A DNA stretch of 64,000 nucleotides from Patescibacteria group bacterium (GTDB lineage: Bacteria; Patescibacteriota; Patescibacteriia; SBBC01; CAIJZX01): contig JBBTRH010000005.1 of NCBI GenBank assembly GCA_038065275.1, forward strand, positions 26,466 through 90,465, in the 5' to 3' direction. The position numbers and the translations under genes were made by a program. The notes beneath the pieces are model-generated. The model was not told the DNA's origin. It saw only the letters and a program-made list of their open reading frames with translations, and searched no databases. Below are positions 59,137 through 64,000 of the stretch, piece after piece; positions within the stretch are counted from its first letter, which is position 1; each line of letters begins with the position of its first letter.

Positions 59137-60729
59137 TTCGAGTCTCGCTACCCCGACCAAATAAGAAAAGTTAAGTCGAGTACCCGCGAAGGCTCCCGAA
59201 AACTTGACTTTTCTTATTTGGTCGAGTATTCTCAAAAGAGTCCAAACGGGGAGACGCAACGAGTCAGAAACTCCGCCGCCCTCATCAAAACCGCCAACCC
59301 CGCACTATGAATCTTGCGGATTCAAGTACGGGACAAGAGAACCCCCGCACCGCTTCGGGTGCGGGGCAGGCCGGAGAAAAATACCTGCCCCGTCGTTTTA
59401 CGGGGTCGGCTCGAACCACATTTTAAAAACAAATTTATTCATTATGAGCAATCTAAAATTATGAAAAAGGGATTTGCATACGTCCCAGTCCTTGTTGTTA
59501 TATTTTTGGTCATTGCAGCTGGGGTCGTAGGATACTTTGTCGTAACGGCTAACAAAAAATCCACAACCAATGCTAATTCTATAGTTAGGAATGTCGGTAA
59601 TAATGTAAACATAATTTCCAACTCTGGTACCTCCGCCACAAACACGACTCCATCAAGCAATTCGAACAGCAGAACAAAATCTCTACCGATGCCAGTACCT
59701 TTAGCAAAATGGGATACTTCATACAATTCAGGTCTTAAAAATCCCCCCTCAACCCCAGCCGAAGGCCAAGCTTTGTGTGATTCGATAAATGATAATAATA
59801 CCAACACATGGCTTGGACCATTAGTAAATAAGAGTAAGTGTTTTGAAATGATGGTTGGCGGTTTTCACGATCCTAAATTCTGCGAGAAACTTGAATTTTC
59901 AACTGCCCCCGATACTCAACGCAGTCAACCATTTGACATTGGTATGGGCTGCATTGAGGACTACATAAGTCTTTACAAGAATTATGACTGCGCCTACCAT
60001 CAGAAAGTTGAAATTCGTGACCGCTGTTACTATGTTCTAGGCGTGCCAAACATGGTTAGTGATCCGGTTCGAGATTGTTTAAAAATTACTGATACGTTTC
60101 TAAAGAGTAGTTGCGAATCAGTGAACAAAGATTTTGATGCCGCTACTCCGATGCGACAGAATATTCAGGACTCCGTGATGGTTAGCTGTTTGCTTGGGCT
60201 TGAACCAAGTGAAGCTAAATATTTTTCCTCAAGCGGTACCATCTATAATGATTTTGTGAAAGAAGCAAGCAATCAAGGAAATATCGATAACTGTTCACAA
60301 TCAAGTTTCTTTCCTGATTCTGAACGGCAACGCGTGAAAGTACTGGTGGAAACGGACAAAGACCAGGATGGGTTGAATCTCTTTTTAGAAAATGTTTTTG
60401 GCACGGATGATTCGAAAGCTGATTCAGACGGCGACAGTCATCCTGACCTTCAAGAGATTCAAAATGGCTACAATCCTCTTGGTCCTGGTAAGTTAGAGGA
60501 TGCTGAAATTCTAGAAGCCAATACAAATTCCTAAACTTTCACTTAGAACTATTCCTAGAGAAAGATAGATTTGTAATTTTCAACGATCTAAGCGGAATCG
60601 CCGGCTCGTTGCGGCGCCCCGTTCGAACTTTCTCTAAAATACTCGACTGACGGGTGACCAATGCTCGAGTCCGGTATCCCCGACTCTGGTACATGAAGGT
60701 CGTGGGTTTAAGTCCCGCTACCCTGACCA
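59137..60729. mobile_element. Recombinase-less mini-island at tRNA-Pro
   Basis: tRNA 3' fragments at 59137-59159 and about 60698-60729; inverted att-like arms at 59220-59275 and 60592-60647; AT-rich cargo gene. Confidence 0.7.
59461..60534 (+). CDS. Membrane-anchored surface protein with Cys repeats and Ca-binding DxDxDG repeats
   Basis: MKKGFAY+TM (pilin-like leader), N/S/T linker, Cys pairs, DKDQDGL..DSDGD....E..NGYNP. Confidence 0.8.
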   Translation: MKKGFAYVPVLVVIFLVIAAGVVGYFVVTANKKSTTNANSIVRNVGNNVNIISNSGTSATNTTPSSNSNSRTKSLPMPVPLAKWDTSYNSGLKNPPSTPAEGQALCDSINDNNTNTWLGPLVNKSKCFEMMVGGFHDPKFCEKLEFSTAPDTQRSQPFDIGMGCIEDYISLYKNYDCAYHQKVEIRDRCYYVLGVPNMVSDPVRDCLKITDTFLKSSCESVNKDFDAATPMRQNIQDSVMVSCLLGLEPSEAKYFSSSGTIYNDFVKEASNQGNIDNCSQSSFFPDSERQRVKVLVETDKDQDGLNLFLENVFGTDDSKADSDGDSHPDLQEIQNGYNPLGPGKLEDAEILEANTNS

Positions 60730-60952
60730 AAAAGATTTGATGATTTTTGTCCCTGGCTCACCGCGTCCTTTACGAATGTAAGCAGGCTTGATTCCCGAGG
60801 CCGAACAAAGGCCTGAGGCCGCTGCTGAACGACTCCGGTACTTCGCGAAGGAGCACTTGAGCGTCCTGAAGCAGTGTATTAGCCGCTGGGTCCGCTAGAT
60901 CCTGACCCCACGGGGTCAAGAGATATCGACCTCCCAAGGACGATGTATAGAA

Positions 60953-61054
60953 CCCCGTTAGAAGTGGAACGGATACTGCCCTCCGGATTCGTTTGAGGTC
61001 ATCCTGAAACTCTTTCTCACAACACATGCATAGTTCTCGCCACTTCTAACGGGG
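60953..61054. repeat. Family-1 element, 102 bp
   Basis: 15-bp IR CCCCGTTAGAAGTGG; GAA on both flanks. Confidence 0.88.
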
Positions 61055-61167
61055 GAACAACGATGAGGCCGGGGACACCGCCAGCGTACTCCGACTATAC
61101 CTCTTTGGCAAGAAAAAATGGCCGGCTCGTTTGAGCTGGCCACGCTGTTCCTTTCGGTGGAGCAATA

Positions 61168-61410
61168 CTACCCCTCCGTCACCTGGCGCCGCGCGCTTGA
61201 GGTCAGGCCGCCGAGCCGGCCGATCCGTGCCATGTGTTCGCGGTCCCGGCTAACGACCTGGCCGCCTTTGCGACCCGCCCGGCGCGCCTCTTCCGAGGTG
61301 TATTGGCGAGTCTTGCCGCTCTGGTGGGCGGCCCGGCCGCCGCGGCGGGCAACATCACGCAACTTCTCGGGGTCCCAGCTGGCGAATCCTCGTCGCGACT
61401 CCGATGTCAC
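61168..61410 (-). CDS. KGG-repeat general stress protein
   Basis: RGFASWDPEK, EARRAGRKGG and HMARIGRLGG. Confidence 0.88.
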   Translation of the reverse strand: MTSESRRGFASWDPEKLRDVARRGGRAAHQSGKTRQYTSEEARRAGRKGGQVVSRDREHMARIGRLGGLTSSARRQVTEG

Positions 61411-61488
61411 CTGGTCCTCCTTCGTGAAGTGAGAACAAAATGGTTGGTGCGGCCGGCCTACTTAAGCACAGCACCCCGACCATGTCAA

Positions 61489-61595
61489 CCCAGCATCACT
61501 TCGGTTCAAACCAGTGTTAATATACTTCCAGCCATTTAATTATAGGTAAATGGTAATTTCCCATATACCCTCGAGCCAACCAAAGTGGTGCTGGG
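61489..61595. repeat. Family-2 element, 107 bp
   Basis: 18-bp IR (16/18) CCCAGCATCACTTCGGTT; TCAA on both flanks. Confidence 0.85.
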
Positions 61596-61650
61596 TCAAG
61601 CGCGCGGCGGGAAAAAAACCGCTTCGCGAGAAGCGGACTGAGGGCGGGAG

Positions 61651-62079
61651 CTAGAGACCATCGATTTTCGCATCTGGAAGCGGCGGCGTTTCGGCATGCG
61701 GCACGGATTGCCCAGGGGGTCGCTTGAACCGGCCCCCGTGGTGTCGATCAATCTCCTCGGTGCGTCGGATCGTCTCGACGGGGAGGTGGGCGGACTGCAG
61801 CTGAACAAGCATCTCGGCCGCCAGCTGTTTGCGCTGTAAAGCGTCGTCCGGAGCGACAATGAGACGGCGGAATCCGTTCGTCACGGGCAGGGTGACGATC
61901 ACCGTTGCCTCACGCTGCCGGCATTCGTAGCTGACGGTCGTGACGGATTGGTCAGCCTCGACCGCCGGACCGATAGTGATGCTGGCGATGCCGTGACAGC
62001 GCTCGACGATGATCTTCACTGCGGCATCGGCCAGGCGCGATGAACCGAGCGGCGCCGAGACATGGACGGCGGAATTCAT
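61651..62079 (-). CDS. Hypothetical protein
   Basis: GGAGG RBS before ATG at 62079; 142 aa. Confidence 0.5.
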   Translation of the reverse strand: MNSAVHVSAPLGSSRLADAAVKIIVERCHGIASITIGPAVEADQSVTTVSYECRQREATVIVTLPVTNGFRRLIVAPDDALQRKQLAAEMLVQLQSAHLPVETIRRTEEIDRHHGGRFKRPPGQSVPHAETPPLPDAKIDGL

Positions 62080-62160
62080 TGGTGTCCTCCTCGGGTAAGG
62101 AACGGTTGGCGGGTACAGACCCAATGACGCGAGGCTACCAGAGGCCACGGCGGTAGTCAA

Positions 62161-62261
62161 CCCCGTTAAAAGTGAAGGTGGGCGGGATGCCATTTACGCT
62201 CAGTCAACATCATATCCCCGATTGAACTAATGATTACTTCGCGGGATCACTTCTAACGGGG
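62161..62261. repeat. Family-1 element, 101 bp
   Basis: CCCCGTTAAAAGTGA..TCACTTCTAACGGGG; flanks TCAA and CTAA. Confidence 0.85.
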
Positions 62262-62310
62262 CTAAGAGGAAAAAAGAAAATCCCGGGCGTGAGCCAAGGA
62301 CTTTCGCTGT

Positions 62311-62520
62311 TTACTTCCCCCCGAGGGGGATCAAGCGCGCAGCGCCCGCAACGACAATACCCAGGCCGAGAACCAAGGGTACGATCGCGAGGGGGCCGAA
62401 CTTACGGCCCGAGAGCGCTGCTAAGACGAGCATGGCACCGGCGACCATCAGACCGTACTGATGCCCGAAGGCGATCAGCGGATCGAGGTACGGCGCCGTC
62501 ACAATGTTGATGTGCAGCAT
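62311..62520 (-). CDS. Small two-TM membrane protein
   Basis: 69 aa hydrophobic ORF followed by a terminator-like hairpin. Confidence 0.55.
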   Translation of the reverse strand: MLHINIVTAPYLDPLIAFGHQYGLMVAGAMLVLAALSGRKFGPLAIVPLVLGLGIVVAGAARLIPLGGK

Positions 62521-62617
62521 ATAGGTATAGCCTTGGAACTGGCTAATGAGTATTGAGTTGGGAAGGTGCGAAGGAGCGATTGGGAAGTAAACTTACAACA
62601 ACCAAGAAAAAAGTCAA

Positions 62618-62716
62618 CCCCGTTAGAAGTGGATTGATCTTAACTCCAGCAATAATTAAGAAGAATAGGGGGCTTCCTTGTTTCGGGAAAACATGGTCTG
62701 GCCACTTCTAACGGGG
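62618..62716. repeat. Family-1 element, 99 bp
   Basis: 15-bp IR CCCCGTTAGAAGTGG; TCAA on both flanks. Confidence 0.88.
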
Positions 62717-62720
62717 TCAA

Positions 62721-62868
62721 CCCAGCACCACCCCCCGCCCCCAGCTCTTTCTGGAGCTCCCCCTCCCGAAATGTCCTCCTTCGGCTTAAGGAGGGCAACC
62801 CCGCGCACGGGGAAGAGGAGGTCGGGAGGGGGAAACGGCGTAGCCGAGGGGGTGGGGATGGTGCTGAG
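62721..62868. repeat. Family-2 element, 148 bp, with GC-rich hairpin interior
   Basis: CCCAGCACCA..TGGTGCTGAG; TCAA on both flanks. Confidence 0.75.
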
Positions 62869-62948
62869 TCAAACTAAAAACTCCGCCCTGAGACGATTGT
62901 ATGTTTGTAACAGTGTGTTGCCGAAAAAACGGGAAACGCGTCCGCGCT

Positions 62949-63539
62949 CTAGCCGAACATCACATCCTCATCGGCCCGCTTGTAGTCGTGAATTTCTTTT
63001 GGTTTGAACCACAGATCGGTTTCATAAGTTGCTTCGGCCACGTTGCCGGAGGCGTGTGCCAGATTACGGACAGGCCGCTTTCGGGTTGTCGCTAAGGCTG
63101 GTGAATCGATCGATAAATCACCGCGAATCGTTCCGGGCTGAGCCATGCTTGGTAACGTGTGGCCGACAATCATCCGAACGCTGTCAATGGCATGAATGCC
63201 CTCCAGCACCACCGCTACCACCGGCCCGGACGACAAGAAATCTTTATTCCACTGGTTCGTCATGCGACCGATATCAACGGCGTTGGCAGTCCCAAGAACT
63301 TTTTCTGGTTCAAGACCGTACTTTTCGAACGTTTCGAGCGTCCGCTTCCCAATCGCTTCCATTAAATCCTGTCGTGAATCCGGATAGTGCTTGGCGACAT
63401 GGGCTTGATCAACCCAAACCATCTTCATGGCCACAATTTTCAATCCGGCCTGTTCGAAACGGTGGATGATATTGCCAACCAGCCCGCGCTTGACGCCGTC
63501 GGGCTTGACCAGGACCAGGCTCCGCTCGATCAGCTCCAT
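62949..63539 (-). CDS. ndk: Nucleoside diphosphate kinase
   Basis: VKPDGV.RGL, PGTIRGD and N..HAS motifs. Confidence 0.95.
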   Translation of the reverse strand: MELIERSLVLVKPDGVKRGLVGNIIHRFEQAGLKIVAMKMVWVDQAHVAKHYPDSRQDLMEAIGKRTLETFEKYGLEPEKVLGTANAVDIGRMTNQWNKDFLSSGPVVAVVLEGIHAIDSVRMIVGHTLPSMAQPGTIRGDLSIDSPALATTRKRPVRNLAHASGNVAEATYETDLWFKPKEIHDYKRADEDVMFG

Positions 63540-63540
63540 C

Positions 63541-63924
63541 TTAGGCCAATTTCAAGACCTGCTTGACTTTCTGCACGACCTCGGCCGGGGTGTGGTTCGC
63601 CTTGACGAAATAATCGGTCGCCCCCAACTGTCTACCCTTCTTAATGTCTTCCTCCTGACCGAGATTGGTCAGTAGGATGATCGGCACATCCTTCAGCGTT
63701 GCTTCGTCCTTGATCATCTTCAGGACGCCGAAGCCGTCGATCTTGGGCATGATGATGTCGAGCAGGACGATGTCGGGCTTGACGGTTTTCACCAACTCGA
63801 AACCGGACGCGCCGTCGTTGGCCTTCTGGGCGTCAAATCCCTCCATCGCAAACTTGGTGGCGTACATATCGGCCAGCATCTTCTCGTCTTCGACGATGAC
63901 GACCTTGGTTTTATTGGTGGGCAT
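63541..63924 (-). CDS. Single-domain response regulator
   Basis: IVEDE, LLDIIMP.IDG, LTN and K motifs. Confidence 0.93.
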   Translation of the reverse strand: MPTNKTKVVIVEDEKMLADMYATKFAMEGFDAQKANDGASGFELVKTVKPDIVLLDIIMPKIDGFGVLKMIKDEATLKDVPIILLTNLGQEEDIKKGRQLGATDYFVKANHTPAEVVQKVKQVLKLA

Positions 63925-64000
63925 AGGACTGTCAGAATAGCAAAGATATCGGGGTTTGGCAATGTCAGGTCGGCGGAGACTTAGTATGCCAATCAGTCGC

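Overview
The window looks like a Patescibacteria (CPR)-type chromosome segment (inferred from the missing rpmD and the gene content). Core genes: dnaB-ybaB-recR, rplU, ruvX-map-adk-secY, the S10/spc ribosomal cluster, tuf, fusA, rpsG-rpsL, rpmB, tgt, a DEAD-box helicase and ndk. An AT-rich defence island (about 5.65-14.0 kb) is integrated at tRNA-Lys(TTT). It carries AbiE, a PIN + Cas2-like pair, an MvaI/BcnI restriction-modification system, a HEPN-like gene and a large serine recombinase. Three non-coding patterns stand out. (1) The recombinase 3' end/attP is present a second time inside the island, inverted, with hairpins swapped or inserted, and a miniature of the same architecture sits at tRNA-Pro(GGG). 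(2) At least 14 elements of about 100 bp, in two families, have conserved co-varying terminal inverted repeats and mutually unrelated interiors; 8 of them sit at start codons of housekeeping genes. (3) Hairpin-interrupted partial copies of tRNA ends and of the rpsG 3' end lie next to the intact genes. All calls come from reading motifs by eye; no database search was run.
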